Below, piece by piece: positions 31,446 to 42,302 of a stretch of DNA of 64,000 bases. The DNA comes from Chloropicon primus (taxonomy: Eukaryota): the NCBI GenBank assembly GCA_023205875.1, contig CP060754.1, positions 1,426,001 through 1,490,000 on the forward strand. The letters run 5' to 3'. Positions within the stretch are counted from its first letter, which is position 1. Each line of letters opens with the position of its first letter. The translations under genes were made by a program, and so were the position numbers. The notes under the pieces were generated by a model. It made no database searches, was not told the DNA's origin, and worked only from the letters and a program-made list of their open reading frames with translations.

Positions 31446-32360
31446 TTACCCCATAGGAGGTGGTCGCGCTGCTGCCCCCACGGCCTCACTCTGCGCCCCC
31501 GTCAGACTGTAATAGAGCGCAATCATTGTGAAAAAGCACACGACCATCGAAATGCTCACCACGAGCGACATGTTGCTCCTTCCTTTCGCCTTCCTCGCCG
31601 CACCCCCCGCACCCTTCCTCGTTTTCCTCAGCGCAGAGTTCCCCCTCCGTATCGAGCTGGAGTCCCTCCCATCGTTCGTCACCGGCAAACCCGGGCTCGG
31701 CTTCAATCCAACCTTCTGAAGCATCACGTTGATCTGGGTACCCATCCTGCTCGTTGATTTGTGCTTCCCGTTCTCGTCCTCCTCGTCGTGGTCTCCTGAC
31801 ACCCCGTTCCCGTGCATCGCAGACATCATTCCGTTCGTCTCGTGAGGCCTCCTGTTGTGCGAGTTCAGCCTCCTCCCCGAGCCTCCCGCTGGGCTCGACA
31901 GGGGCCTGTCCAACCCAATCCGTCTCACCGGTGTCATCGGCGCGGTGGGCTCCGCCTGCGTCGTCGACAAGCACAAACCAGGCACAGGAGAGGGGAGGAG
32001 AGAAGCCAAGGCGAGTACCAGAGAGGAGTCAGTCAGCGTCTCGAGTTCGGGGCAAAGAAAAAAACCGCAAAACGGGGCTGCGAAAGGAAAAGTCACGCGG
32101 AGAAAGCAAAGAAGGCTTACCTTAATCTCCTCCACCTCCAGGTCGTCCACCATCATCACCTCGTTCATCGTACTCACTGCATTTCCAGTTTTGGAATAGA
32201 ACGAACCTACTTGTTGCACTCTCAACTTCTTCTTCACGACATTCTGAAACGCTTCGAAGGTCGTTGACGCATCTACCGGGACAACAGCACGCCGCAGAGG
32301 CCTCCCTGACGGCAACGTCGGTCCCCCCTTTATCGTCACAAACACCAAACGCTCCGCCAT
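31446..32360 (-). CDS. Hypothetical tail-anchored membrane protein with ubiquitin/PB1-like N-terminus; intron 31956-32120
   Basis: N-terminal beta-grasp-like segment, GTAAG...CAG intron with CTGAC branch site, C-terminal transmembrane helix. Confidence 0.65.
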   Translation of the reverse strand: MAERLVFVTIKGGPTLPSGRPLRRAVVPVDASTTFEAFQNVVKKKLRVQQVGSFYSKTGNAVSTMNEVMMVDDLEVEEIKVSLLCFLRVTFPFAAPFCGFFLCPELETLTDSSLVLALASLLPSPVPGLCLSTTQAEPTAPMTPVRRIGLDRPLSSPAGGSGRRLNSHNRRPHETNGMMSAMHGNGVSGDHDEEDENGKHKSTSRMGTQINVMLQKVGLKPSPGLPVTNDGRDSSSIRRGNSALRKTRKGAGGAARKAKGRSNMSLVVSISMVVCFFTMIALYYSLTGAQSEAVGAAARPPPMG

Positions 32361-32448
32361 GGCAACAACCTCTCCTCTTCCTCTCTACTCCTTTGCCAAT
32401 CAATCTCTATCCTCTCCAAGTTCCACCTTCGAACCAAACCGAGCAAAC

Positions 32449-32716
32449 GAGGTATCAATCGAACGATCGTGAGACACTCTTTCGCTCAGGCACCCTCCCC
32501 TCCTCCTCCCCTCGTCGCCCCCGTCGCCCTCGTCCTCGACAAGGTGGCCCCCTCGGATACTTTTTCCGTTTCCCTCGCGTTCTCCCCAGCTTCGATTCCT
32601 CGACCACTCCGTGCGCCAAACGCGTCAAGTAAACGATCAATGGAAAGCCCGCGAGACGCTCTTTCGTTCTGCGTATTTGCCTTCCGCAAAATCCCACGTC
32701 GTCGTCCTCCACGATC
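32449..32716 (-). repeat. 268-bp dispersed repeat, copy 2
   Basis: Reverse complement of 18799-19066, about 96% identical. Confidence 0.95.
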
Positions 32717-32982
32717 CTCTCTCTCTCTCTCTCTCTCTCCCTTTCTCTCTCTCGCTCGAACGAAAGCTGAAGCGGGAAAATGGTCGATGGGGGTCTGCAG
32801 GCTAAAGGCGTTGTCTCGAGAGGAACAGGAAGTCGAGAGGGCAAAGGGAGGGGGGGAGTGAGGTCAGGAACACAGGAACAAAGTACGTCTTGAGGTCTTT
32901 CCAACGACCGCTCCCACGTACGTTTTGACGCCGGGAGTGGCATTGAGATCAGAGGAAGGGGTGGTGGTGGTCTGTGTGGAAG

Positions 32983-35019
32983 ATGATGTCTGAGGAGTGT
33001 TTGATATGTGCGGAGCCTCTGGATTACGTGAGCGTCCTGCCTTGCGGTCACGCGGACGTTTGCCCGCTTTGCACGATACGCCTGAGGACGATCATCGGCG
33101 ACAAGAGGTGCTGCGCTTGTCAGAAGGAGGCGGAGAAGGTCGTGGTGAGGCGGTGCAAGAGGGCAGTGGAGGAGGAGGAGGAGTTCCCCAGCGATTTCGA
33201 TGCGGGGGTGAAGCGTGGATCGCTGTTCCCTCTCAAGGGCAGCAGGGATGTCTGCTTCGACAGCAAGGACTTGAGGAACGAGATGAACAGCAGGTGCTCT
33301 CTCTCGTGCGTGGTGTGCAAGAAGGAGGAGGAGGAGGCCCAGGACACGACGACGGAAGGGGAGAAGAAACGGAAGAAGAAGATTCACTTTGGGACACTCA
33401 AGGCCCTCAAGAGGCACCTGAGGGAGGACCACGGCCTGTACATGTGCGAAGTCTGCCTGGAGGGCCGAAAGGTTTTCGTCCAGGAGCAAATTCTGTACAC
33501 CCGGTCCGAGTTGAAGAGGCACTGCAAGAGGGGGGACGCCAAGGGCGTGATGGCCGATTCTGGCTTCAGCGGCCACCCGAGCTGCAAGTTCTGCAAAAAG
33601 CACTTTTACTCGACGGAGGAGCTCTACGTTCACATGCAGACAAAGCACCTGCAGTGTTTCCTCTGCAGAAGGGCCAACCCTTCCGATCAAGTCTACTACA
33701 GGAACCTCTCCGAGCTCTCGAGTCACTTCGCGTCCAGCCACCACTTTTGCACCCACGAGTCCTGCAAGGGTCGGCACCCCGAGGAGATGGTGTTCAGGAC
33801 GAAAGAGGATCTGCGCGTGCACGAGGTCCAGTATCACGGGGAGTCCTTGTCTAGGAACGAGAAGAGGCAGGCCCTGCAGATCAGCGTGGAATATCCCAGC
33901 CTGCGGCAGGATGATGGCGGGGGTCAGGAGCCAGGGAGGGGCAGACGGGGAAGGGATCGCGGGTCAAGCAGGCGGAGGGGGGGCACAGGGGGTGCCGCCA
34001 CGTCTCTTAGCAGCCAGGCGACGCCTTTTGTTCCTGGTGGAGGCGGAATCATTGACGACGACATCGGTCTTCTCGCGGACCACAGCGCTCGGAATTATTA
34101 CACGCAGCAGCGGGCTCAGAGAGTCTCGGACTTCCCGCCCCTGGCGAGCCCCCCCTCCCCCGAGGCGGACCCCGGAGAAGCCCCGAGGCAGAACTGGCTG
34201 CAGAGGGCCCAAGCACCGGGGGGACCTCATCCCTTGTCCCTTCCGAAGCGCGCCAACAGCGGAGGTGGCGCGGGCGTCCTTTCCCACGAGGATCTTTTGA
34301 TCCAAAAACTGGAGTCCCTCGTGGTTGAAGAGCCCAGCGTCATGGAGGAGCGGAGGAAGAGGAAACAGATGCTTGCGGATGCCTTTGGGGTGAGCGACCC
34401 GGACAGGCCTTCCCAATTCTCCACGCCCTCCGTCGTGGTCCCGGACGACGTGGTTCTCTACGCGGCGAAGCACTTGGATTTCGTCTTGAAAGTCGAAAGG
34501 GTCGTCCAATATTTTTCCTTGCAGATCTCCAAGCGACTTCCCTTGCCCCCGATGAACAGGGAGCAGAGGAAGGTCGTTCACGTTGTTTGCAACCTTTGCA
34601 AAGTCGTGTCCCAAGCGTACGGAGCGGAGCCGAACCGGTGCGTGAACCTGATACGGAATCCGACGGGGTCGCAGGTGCCGACAGAGTCCCTCTCGACGAT
34701 CGCAAAGGCAAAGCTCGAGGGCCGAGAGGTGGAGACTTTGGTGGAGGAGGCGAGGTGGGAGATCAAGCTGGTGGACATCGAGCCGGAGCTGAAGCTGAGG
34801 GAGCTCCTCGTGTACCAGATGAAGCTGGACCCCGAGCTGCAAGTCGAGGTGCTCAAGGAGAGGCACCCAAAGAACCTCAAATCTGCTCTCGTGAGGTTCA
34901 GCTCGTTGCACCTCTTCAAGGAGGCGAAGTCCCAGCTTGGCGGGGGCATGCGCGGAAAGTTCGTCGTCGACATGACGGCGAGGAGCGACATGGTCCTCAA
35001 AGCGGTAAAGGAAACTTGA
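32983..35019 (+). CDS. ZNF598/Hel2-like RING E3 ligase with C2H2 fingers and R3H domain
   Basis: CLICAE..CGH..CPLCTIRLR..CCAC; GFSGHPSCKFC; PPMNREQRKVVHVVC...GAEPNRCV (R3H). Confidence 0.9.
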   Translation: MMSEECLICAEPLDYVSVLPCGHADVCPLCTIRLRTIIGDKRCCACQKEAEKVVVRRCKRAVEEEEEFPSDFDAGVKRGSLFPLKGSRDVCFDSKDLRNEMNSRCSLSCVVCKKEEEEAQDTTTEGEKKRKKKIHFGTLKALKRHLREDHGLYMCEVCLEGRKVFVQEQILYTRSELKRHCKRGDAKGVMADSGFSGHPSCKFCKKHFYSTEELYVHMQTKHLQCFLCRRANPSDQVYYRNLSELSSHFASSHHFCTHESCKGRHPEEMVFRTKEDLRVHEVQYHGESLSRNEKRQALQISVEYPSLRQDDGGGQEPGRGRRGRDRGSSRRRGGTGGAATSLSSQATPFVPGGGGIIDDDIGLLADHSARNYYTQQRAQRVSDFPPLASPPSPEADPGEAPRQNWLQRAQAPGGPHPLSLPKRANSGGGAGVLSHEDLLIQKLESLVVEEPSVMEERRKRKQMLADAFGVSDPDRPSQFSTPSVVVPDDVVLYAAKHLDFVLKVERVVQYFSLQISKRLPLPPMNREQRKVVHVVCNLCKVVSQAYGAEPNRCVNLIRNPTGSQVPTESLSTIAKAKLEGREVETLVEEARWEIKLVDIEPELKLRELLVYQMKLDPELQVEVLKERHPKNLKSALVRFSSLHLFKEAKSQLGGGMRGKFVVDMTARSDMVLKAVKET

Positions 35020-35057
35020 GATAAATTATAGTTTGGTGTGTGTGTGTGTGGATTTCA

Positions 35058-35991
35058 TCACAGGAGCTGGAACTGGAGGTGGACCCTCTTCGTGAGCTTC
35101 TGACCCTCCCCGAGCGGCATCTCCATCTCGACGGCGTCCGCCGCGTAGGCCTCTGCCCCACCTCTGCTCTTGGCCATCATCATCCTGGGCTGCGCCCCCC
35201 CCCTAGGCTGCGGATTGATGTTCTGGACGCTGATGGGGTTGTCGGACATGACCATCACCGGCCCCAGGGTCCTCTTGCACCCCTTGGCGTACAGCTCGGC
35301 CTTGAAGTAGGCGTCCTCCATGGTGTTCTCGAACAGCTTGACGAAGTTCTCCTTCTTCTTCTTGTCGGAGACGTAGGGGTTGGCGCCGTGGACGTTCACC
35401 TCGGTGGACTCGGCCTCAAAGCGCGAGGCGAGCGCGTAAATCTGCGAGACGAGCTTCTTGTCCTCCGTGGAGACGTCGATGTTCAGGGACACCGTCGCGC
35501 TGTACCCCGTGACCAGGGACTTCTTCTTCTCGTTGTTGTACTCCCTAATCGGGTGCAGCCGGAGGTTGTCCATCTTCAGGTTCTTGTCCTTGGTGATGCC
35601 CAGCTCGTCCTCCAGGGCCACCATGAACGCGTTCGTCGTCTCGTGGTTCTGGTTCTGCGCCAGGGACGCCGTGTTGATCCCCTAAACACACGAAGAAATT
35701 CCACCGGCAGGAGAGAGAGAGAGAGAGAGAGGGAGTCAGCTTCGAGGCGGCTCTTTTCGGGGTTTGGACACCGATGCATATCATGATGACACACGCACAC
35801 GCACGCACGCACACTGGGACTGGACTTACCTCGCTCTTGCAGTTAATCTGAACCTGGAGCTTGATCCTGTCGTACGAGACGGTCAGCGTGCCTTCCCCCT
35901 GGATGTACAACGTACCGGGATCCACTTCCTGCGCCTGCGCCATCGTGGTTCCCAACACAAGCGACCCGACCAATGCAACGACCACCAACAC
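35058..35991 (-). CDS. SIMPL/DUF541 domain secreted protein; intron 35682-35829; start uncertain
   Basis: TLYIQGEGTLTVSYD, DAYFKAELYAKG..LGPV, GEGQKLTKRVHLQFQL; the signal peptide has no in-frame ATG. Confidence 0.78.
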
Positions 35992-36091
35992 CTCAGCTCG
36001 ACACCTACTGCTGGTGTGTCATACATGGATGGATGATGGCACAAACAAACAAGCAAGAGACACAAACAAACCAACAACTTTTGTGAGCGCT

Positions 36092-36371
36092 TCCCATCTT
36101 CACCAAATTCGTCGACCAATGGGTCATTCGAAAGAGGACAAGATGATACCTCCGGTGGTCACCCTCGTTTTCGTCGAAGACGCCGTCGACATCTCCGCAA
36201 ACTCTCGCTCCGCACGCACTCTCTGCTGCATGGCGCGAACACAAACACAAAGACAAAACACTCGGTGGCGTCTCCCATCTTCACCAAATTCGTCGACCAA
36301 TGGGTCATTCGAAAGAGGACGAAATGATACCTCCGATGGTTACCCTTTTCATCGTCGAAGACGCCGTCAAC
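36092..36371. repeat. Direct duplication of ~100 bp, copies 181 bp apart
   Basis: tcccatcttcaccaaattcgtcgaccaatgggtcattcgaaagaggac...gtcgaagacgccgtc at 36092 and 36273. Confidence 0.93.
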
Positions 36372-36704
36372 GTCCCCCACACCCCCCGCAAACTCACCTC
36401 TCACCCTTGGCCACCATCCGCTTCCCCGTCTTCCCCTTTTTCAGGTTATCGGTCGTTCACAAAGTGTACACAAACTTTACATCCATCTTCACCCTCTTCA
36501 AAATCAGCGGTCGAGAGAGACTCTTCACTATTTCTGCTCAAGACATTTTTGTATCAGTATCTTTTCATTCGTTGGTTGACGTTTGTGATGTGGACGTTCG
36601 TTTTATCTGGGTATGGCGTGTTTTGGATAAAATGGCGAGGGGCGGAGGAGATTCACTTCAGTGGACGGAGGAGCGCTTCACTGACGGAAGGAAGGCTTGT
36701 CACA

Positions 36705-37358
36705 ATGGAGACGGCGTTGATGAGGGGAAGCAGCTTGAGCGTGAGGTGCGTGAGGAGGTATGCGAGGAGTGGTCGGTCGTCTGTGAGGGCTCAGGCTCAA
36801 GCGACCAGCAGCAACAAGGCGGCGAGGGATGGGGTCGTGGAGAGGGTACGATCCAAGGTGGTGTTGGCCTCGAAGACGGTTGGCGTCCAGCTGATGCTTG
36901 CGCTTCCCGCGTTGGCCGAGGAGGCGGAGAAGGAGCCAGGAAAGTTGTTTGATTTTGACTTGACGCTGCCCATCATGGCGGCCCAGTTTTTGGTTCTCAT
37001 GGTGTTCCTGGACAAGACGTGGTTCTCTCCCGTCGGCAAGGTGTTGGACGACCGTGACGAGAACTTGAGGAACATCCTGAGCGGCGTGCAGGACAACTCC
37101 GGGGATGTGCAGAAGATGGAGGACGAGGCGGCCAAGGTGGTGAGCGACGCGAGGACGGCTGCGGCCAACCTCATCGCGAGCGAGAAGAAGGCCGCGCAGG
37201 ACGCAGGGGACGAGAAGCTCGCTTCCTTGAAGAAGAAGCTCGACGCCCAGTACGAGGCCGCCAGCGCGGCCCTCGTCAAGGAGGAGGAGGGGGCCCGCAA
37301 GGCCCTCGAGCCAGAGATCGAGAAGCTGGCCAAGCAGATTGTAGAAAAGGTCGCCTGA
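36705..37358 (+). CDS. atpG: Chloroplast ATP synthase CF0 subunit II (b'), nuclear-encoded
   Basis: Transit peptide, then GKLFDFDLTLPIMAAQFLVLMVFLDKTWFSPVGKVLDDRD. Confidence 0.96.
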   Translation: METALMRGSSLSVRCVRRYARSGRSSVRAQAQATSSNKAARDGVVERVRSKVVLASKTVGVQLMLALPALAEEAEKEPGKLFDFDLTLPIMAAQFLVLMVFLDKTWFSPVGKVLDDRDENLRNILSGVQDNSGDVQKMEDEAAKVVSDARTAAANLIASEKKAAQDAGDEKLASLKKKLDAQYEAASAALVKEEEGARKALEPEIEKLAKQIVEKVA

Positions 37359-37476
37359 AGAGAGAGGTGTGGTGGGAAAGTGAGAAAGTAAGAAAAACAA
37401 ACACACAACAAACAAACATTTTTTTTTCAGAAAATAGAAAAAAGATATATATGCAAAGCTCCGTGCGTCTACGCCG

Positions 37477-39798
37477 CTACAGCTCGTAGCACCGGAGGGC
37501 CTCCAACGCGGCCCTCCCGACCCCCGCCTTGTCGCTCGCGTTCTGCCTGGACTCGATGTCGCAGCTGAAGACGGTGGCGAGGTCCTGCAGGACGTCGTGG
37601 TCGGAGAGCCTGGAGAACACCTGTTCCCTCTCCGCGTCTCCCAGGGTCTCGAAATAGGCCATGCTCTTGTCCTTCCAGGCCAGAGAAAGGTCAGAGTCCC
37701 GGCCCAGGGCCTCCCCCAGGGCCATCGTGACGCCCATCGTGATCTCCGAGCAGAACTCGCTGCGCCCGTCGCCGTCCAGCACGTCGACGATCTCCTCCAC
37801 GATGGCGCCTACCTTCCCCCACTGCTGGAGGGCCTCCTCCCGCGACTCGCCGTCGCCTCGAGCGGAGAGCATTCTCGAGAGAGGGAGGAGGTCCTCCAGC
37901 AGACCGGGGTGGGAGTCGCTCCCCAGGTACTCCTCCTTCAGCCGCACCGACTCCCCGTACATCGCTTTGGCTTGCGTGAGCGCGCTCTGCGAGTCCCTCT
38001 TCAGCGCGAGCGTCCCGGCCACGTTCCTAAGCGCCCAAGTCTTCTCGGGAATCGGGCTGGACCCGTCGCTTCGGCTCGCAAGCTTTCGCATTGCGGTGAA
38101 CTTCTTCCTCTTGGCTTCCAGCTGCATTTCCTTGTCCGCCCGGGCCAGGACCTGGGCAAAGTCCTCCTGGCCCGGGCCAAAAACGGAGCACAAGCCCTGG
38201 AACTCGGCCCTGCCTCCCTCCGTCTCGAGGCTCAGCACGGTCCTCAGGATGTCCCTCGCGGCGTCCTTGAGGAAGTCTACGGCTTCCCTGTCCCCTTCCG
38301 CCGACGCGACTCCGAAGAGCTGCCGGAAGAGAGGAAAGAAGGAGAGCCTCTTGAAGGAGAGCCCGGCTTGCGAGGCCATCCGCTCCACGCCCGAGTCGAG
38401 GGAGAGCATGAACTCGAGCGACATCTGGAGGAAGCTGCTTTTGGTCCTAGGTCCCGAGACCAGGTGCCTCGAGCACTTTTGGTACCTTTCGCCCAAGTCA
38501 GAGAAATCGGCATAGCCGGGCTCGACCAGGAGGGAGAAATCGCCAAGGTCGCCGCTGGCACTGGAGCGGACCGCCTGGAACAGCCTCGCGCGCTGCACGT
38601 CAAAGGTCACGCCGAATTCCAAGGCAGAGACTTCCTCCGAGCCAAGTTGGCCCAAGACCGAGTCGTACAACTCGGGTGCTTGATCCCCCAGGAGCTCGCC
38701 CGCGACTCTGCTCGCGAACTGGACGCAAGTCTCTTCCTCGGCCGCCGTGAACGTGAACGACTGGCCTATCCTCGGCAATGCCACCGTGACCTCGAGCCCG
38801 TCGTCGCCAGCCATCGCGATCTCCACAGTCATGTCAAGGGGGGACTTTGGAATGGAGGCGTGCCTCGCCGAGTCCAGATCTTCCTTCACCTCCTTCAGCC
38901 GGTCTCGTGCTTCCCGGATCTCTTCTTCCCGCCGCAGTTTCGCCTCCTCCCTCTCCCGTCTCTCCTTCTCGAGGACCTCTTTCCGGCGCTGGGCGGCCTC
39001 CCGGGCCTTGGCCTGGTCCTGAACGTCCTGGAAAGCGAACTTGGTTGGACTCCCTTCCGGGGCGGAAGGGCTCGCCTCCCCCCCAGCCTCCGACGCCCCC
39101 TCCCCAGCCTCCTCCTGATCCCTCTTCAGGGCCGATTCCTTCTCCAGCTCCTTGAGTCTCTTGGCCAGTATCTCCTCCATCTCTTCCTTGGTGAAGGTTA
39201 GCTCCCCCTTTTCCCTCTCCCTCTTGGCTTTGGCCTTCCTCGCCCGCCTCTGAGCTGCAAATTGGGCCGCATCCCTCTGCCCTGCTGGCTTCGTCGCCGC
39301 GCTCACGGCCTTTCCCGTCGACAGTGCGGACCCGGCATGGCCCGATGTGGCCCTCGCCCCCCGCCTCGAGACCGAAGCCGACGCGAACTCCCCGCTGAGT
39401 TCGTACGCCGAGCCCCTCCTCCTGCTTCCCAGTCTGCCCAACCGAATCACGTAGAGCACAGCCAAAGCAAGCGAGAGACTCTTCACTTCCACTTCCGTCT
39501 GCCAAAGCCTCGGGGCGTTAGGGTCCACCACAACCGACGCGCTCACCGGTGCGAGGGCCTCTTCACCTCCCTCTCCTTGTTGATCAACCCCACGGCAACG
39601 AGTCCTGTGGTGGTGGTGATGATGTTGATGATGATGACGTTGATGATGAAGATGGAGCAAAGGTGCGGCCCTGGGAGTCCGCGTCCTGCGCGAGAGCGAG
39701 GGCGAGGGGGACCCCCGCAGCGGTCTCGGTCCCGGCCTCGTGCCGCGGTCCTCCACCCGGGAGCACGAGGGGGAAGACCCTCCGCCTCGGTGTGCCAT
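37477..39798 (-). CDS. Uncharacterised, probably plastid-targeted protein with coiled coil and TPR-like C-terminus
   Basis: 773-aa ORF with strong codon bias, Ser/Arg-rich N-terminus, one hydrophobic segment. Confidence 0.7.
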   Translation of the reverse strand: MAHRGGGSSPSCSRVEDRGTRPGPRPLRGSPSPSLSRRTRTPRAAPLLHLHHQRHHHQHHHHHHRTRCRGVDQQGEGGEEALAPVSASVVVDPNAPRLWQTEVEVKSLSLALAVLYVIRLGRLGSRRRGSAYELSGEFASASVSRRGARATSGHAGSALSTGKAVSAATKPAGQRDAAQFAAQRRARKAKAKREREKGELTFTKEEMEEILAKRLKELEKESALKRDQEEAGEGASEAGGEASPSAPEGSPTKFAFQDVQDQAKAREAAQRRKEVLEKERREREEAKLRREEEIREARDRLKEVKEDLDSARHASIPKSPLDMTVEIAMAGDDGLEVTVALPRIGQSFTFTAAEEETCVQFASRVAGELLGDQAPELYDSVLGQLGSEEVSALEFGVTFDVQRARLFQAVRSSASGDLGDFSLLVEPGYADFSDLGERYQKCSRHLVSGPRTKSSFLQMSLEFMLSLDSGVERMASQAGLSFKRLSFFPLFRQLFGVASAEGDREAVDFLKDAARDILRTVLSLETEGGRAEFQGLCSVFGPGQEDFAQVLARADKEMQLEAKRKKFTAMRKLASRSDGSSPIPEKTWALRNVAGTLALKRDSQSALTQAKAMYGESVRLKEEYLGSDSHPGLLEDLLPLSRMLSARGDGESREEALQQWGKVGAIVEEIVDVLDGDGRSEFCSEITMGVTMALGEALGRDSDLSLAWKDKSMAYFETLGDAEREQVFSRLSDHDVLQDLATVFSCDIESRQNASDKAGVGRAALEALRCYEL

Positions 39799-39937
39799 TG
39801 CGGCTGCTTTCCTTTCTGGCTGGTGCTGATCTGGATGGTGAGGAGGTGGAGGAAGGGAGGGGAGTTCTGTCTCTTGGTCCTTGGAGCAGAAGGAAAAAAT
39901 TATTACATTGGATTGAAATCTACACTAGTTCACAAAC

Positions 39938-41458
39938 TTATTTGTACTCCATCAACATGTTGTTCTCGGGGGCGAGACCAACGCAGGCACGGAAGATGTT
40001 TTCGAGCATCGCCCTTTGCTTGGACAAGGCGTTCACGATTGGGGTCCCCTTGGGAACCAGGGGGGCCTTGGTCAAGTACGAGAGCAAGACCGCGATGGGG
40101 TGGAACCCGTGGAAGTCCTCCTCGTCCTCCGTCCTGAACTGGATTCTGGTGATGAGCTCGGTCAGCAGGCAGAGGTCCAGGATGATGGGGGCCGCGAGGA
40201 GGGAGTCCTCGCAAGTGTTGTGCATCACGATGGTGTTCTTGCCCCCCATGAAAATCTCAGAGGTGTACTCGTCCATCGCCCTCTTGCTGTCGGCCACGTA
40301 AGGAAGGTACTTGATGACCACGATGTGGTCCGGGTGCTCCCCGTCCTTGTAAAGGATGCTGTTGGACTGCACCATGTCGTCCACCACGTTGCTCTTGGAG
40401 ATCTCCTTGGACCTGAACGTCTGCGGGGCCGAGAGGTTGTACCCGTCGTTGTTCCCCAAGTGGTTGTAGCTGACGATGGAGACCGGCTTGATTCCGGCGC
40501 CCACCAGGAAGTCCACGAGGACGGACTTCATCTTCGTCTGCCCGCTCTTGAAGTCGTCCCCTCCGATGAAGCTCTTCTTGCTGACGGCGTACTCGATGAC
40601 GCCGGGCACGAAGGTGTTCTGGGGGGAGCCGTTGACGAAGGGAACGTTGTCCGTGATGCAGGCCCACGCGAACAGGGTGGAGGGCGAAATCTCGGCCTCC
40701 CCCTTGGCGATGGACCTCTCCAGGTTCTCCTTGGTGTCGTTCAGGCCGACCACGACCTCGCTGTACCTCTCTGTGTTGGCCGTCCACAGGACGACCACGG
40801 AGTCCAGGCCATTGTCCGCCTTGAACTTGGCGATGTCTCTTCGGATCTGCTCGACCTGCTCGGACTTGGTGCCCTTGATGCAGTTGTCCGCCCGCTCCGC
40901 CTGGTTCGCCGCGATGAAGCTCGGGTCGTAGATCGAGGGCAGGGGGACCATGTCCTTCATGTGGTCGAACAGCTGCATCTGAAGGTCGTAGTCCAGAACC
41001 CTCGACCTCTCCATGGACTCCGCGAGGTTCATTCCCGAGATGTCCCACCCCCCGATCGCCACGTCGTTCGGGTTCACCATCGGCAAGATGTTCTTGAACG
41101 GGACGTGGACCTCCTCCCCGTTGAAGTTTCCTATTCTGCAGGTGGCGGCCTGCGTCACGCTCCCCCAGTAGTTCGCGTGCTGCACCCCGTCCTTGGTCTT
41201 CCACGAAAGACCCTCCCTGTTCGCAATGATGCCAGCCGTTACGGTCGAACCGTTATTCCCACCCCAACCCACCAACATGATCCCTAACTTGGGAACAACC
41301 TTACTCGTGCGAAACACGTAGTTGATCTCCTTGGGCTTCACCTTCCAGGTCCCCTCATGTTGCTCCACCTCCGTCGTCTCGTACTTGTACTTGGCTTCGA
41401 TGAAGTCCTTCGAGTACTTGACGTTCGGGCTCTCCACCTCGAACTCTTTCACCAACAT
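39938..41458 (-). CDS. INO1: myo-inositol-1-phosphate synthase
   Basis: [37 protein letters not shown]. Confidence 0.98.
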   Translation of the reverse strand: MLVKEFEVESPNVKYSKDFIEAKYKYETTEVEQHEGTWKVKPKEINYVFRTSKVVPKLGIMLVGWGGNNGSTVTAGIIANREGLSWKTKDGVQHANYWGSVTQAATCRIGNFNGEEVHVPFKNILPMVNPNDVAIGGWDISGMNLAESMERSRVLDYDLQMQLFDHMKDMVPLPSIYDPSFIAANQAERADNCIKGTKSEQVEQIRRDIAKFKADNGLDSVVVLWTANTERYSEVVVGLNDTKENLERSIAKGEAEISPSTLFAWACITDNVPFVNGSPQNTFVPGVIEYAVSKKSFIGGDDFKSGQTKMKSVLVDFLVGAGIKPVSIVSYNHLGNNDGYNLSAPQTFRSKEISKSNVVDDMVQSNSILYKDGEHPDHIVVIKYLPYVADSKRAMDEYTSEIFMGGKNTIVMHNTCEDSLLAAPIILDLCLLTELITRIQFRTEDEEDFHGFHPIAVLLSYLTKAPLVPKGTPIVNALSKQRAMLENIFRACVGLAPENNMLMEYK

Positions 41459-41622
41459 CCTCTCCTCCCTTCAACACAACACAACACCGATTCACCACAA
41501 AGGTCCCCTCTTCGTTGCCGCGCGCGCCAACCCCCCGCCGCTTCTCTCTCCTCCATCAATTCTCTCCTACCAAGGGAAATCTACACAGACGAAGAAAAAA
41601 AAAGGGGAGAAAAAAACATGTT

Positions 41623-41702
41623 CACCCAAACAAGTGAATTATCCTCGAACGACGAAAAAAACGAAAAACAAGGTTCCACCCAAACAAGTGAATTATCCTC
41701 GA
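41623..41702. repeat. 26-bp perfect direct repeat upstream of INO1
   Basis: cacccaaacaagtgaattatcctcga at 41623-41648 and 41677-41702. Confidence 0.9.
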
Positions 41703-42302
41703 GAAAATGTTCTCCATGTGGCGTTAATTTTCCATGGTAGCTTTTTGGTTTTTTTTGGCGCCGAAATTCGAGAGGCTTTTGAGGCGAGAGCGTCGATCGA
41801 GGTCTTTGGCGACGGGGACCGGCGGTGTGGAGAGGGAGAGAGAGGCGACGAGGGAGGGCGTTGGGGGTGTGTAGATTGACACTGACGGAATCTTCGTGTC
41901 TTCTTCTTTCGAAAGAGCCCTCGCTCGAAGTGAGCGGCGCTCTGAGGAGGAACTTACGAACATCGAAGTAGAGGTCTTGGCATCACCGGTGTCCCTGGTG
42001 TGTGCGTGCGCAAAGTAGACGGGAGAAGAGGTGGAGTACGGAGCCGGCGACGAGGATTCTCTCCTGAGGATTCTCTCCTCTTTGGTGTCTGGAAGACTCA
42101 GGGGATTGGAACCTGAACCGAACAAGCACGGCAAACAAACTCTTAGGGTCTGTTCTTCAACAACAACAACAACAACAACAACAACAACGTCGTCGTGACG
42201 TAGAAGACTCCTGGAAGACTCCTGGAAGAAGACTCACGTCACCTCGGATCGGATCGGATCGGATCGGAACGGGTCGATTGTGTGATTCACCAACGTGTCA
42301 TC

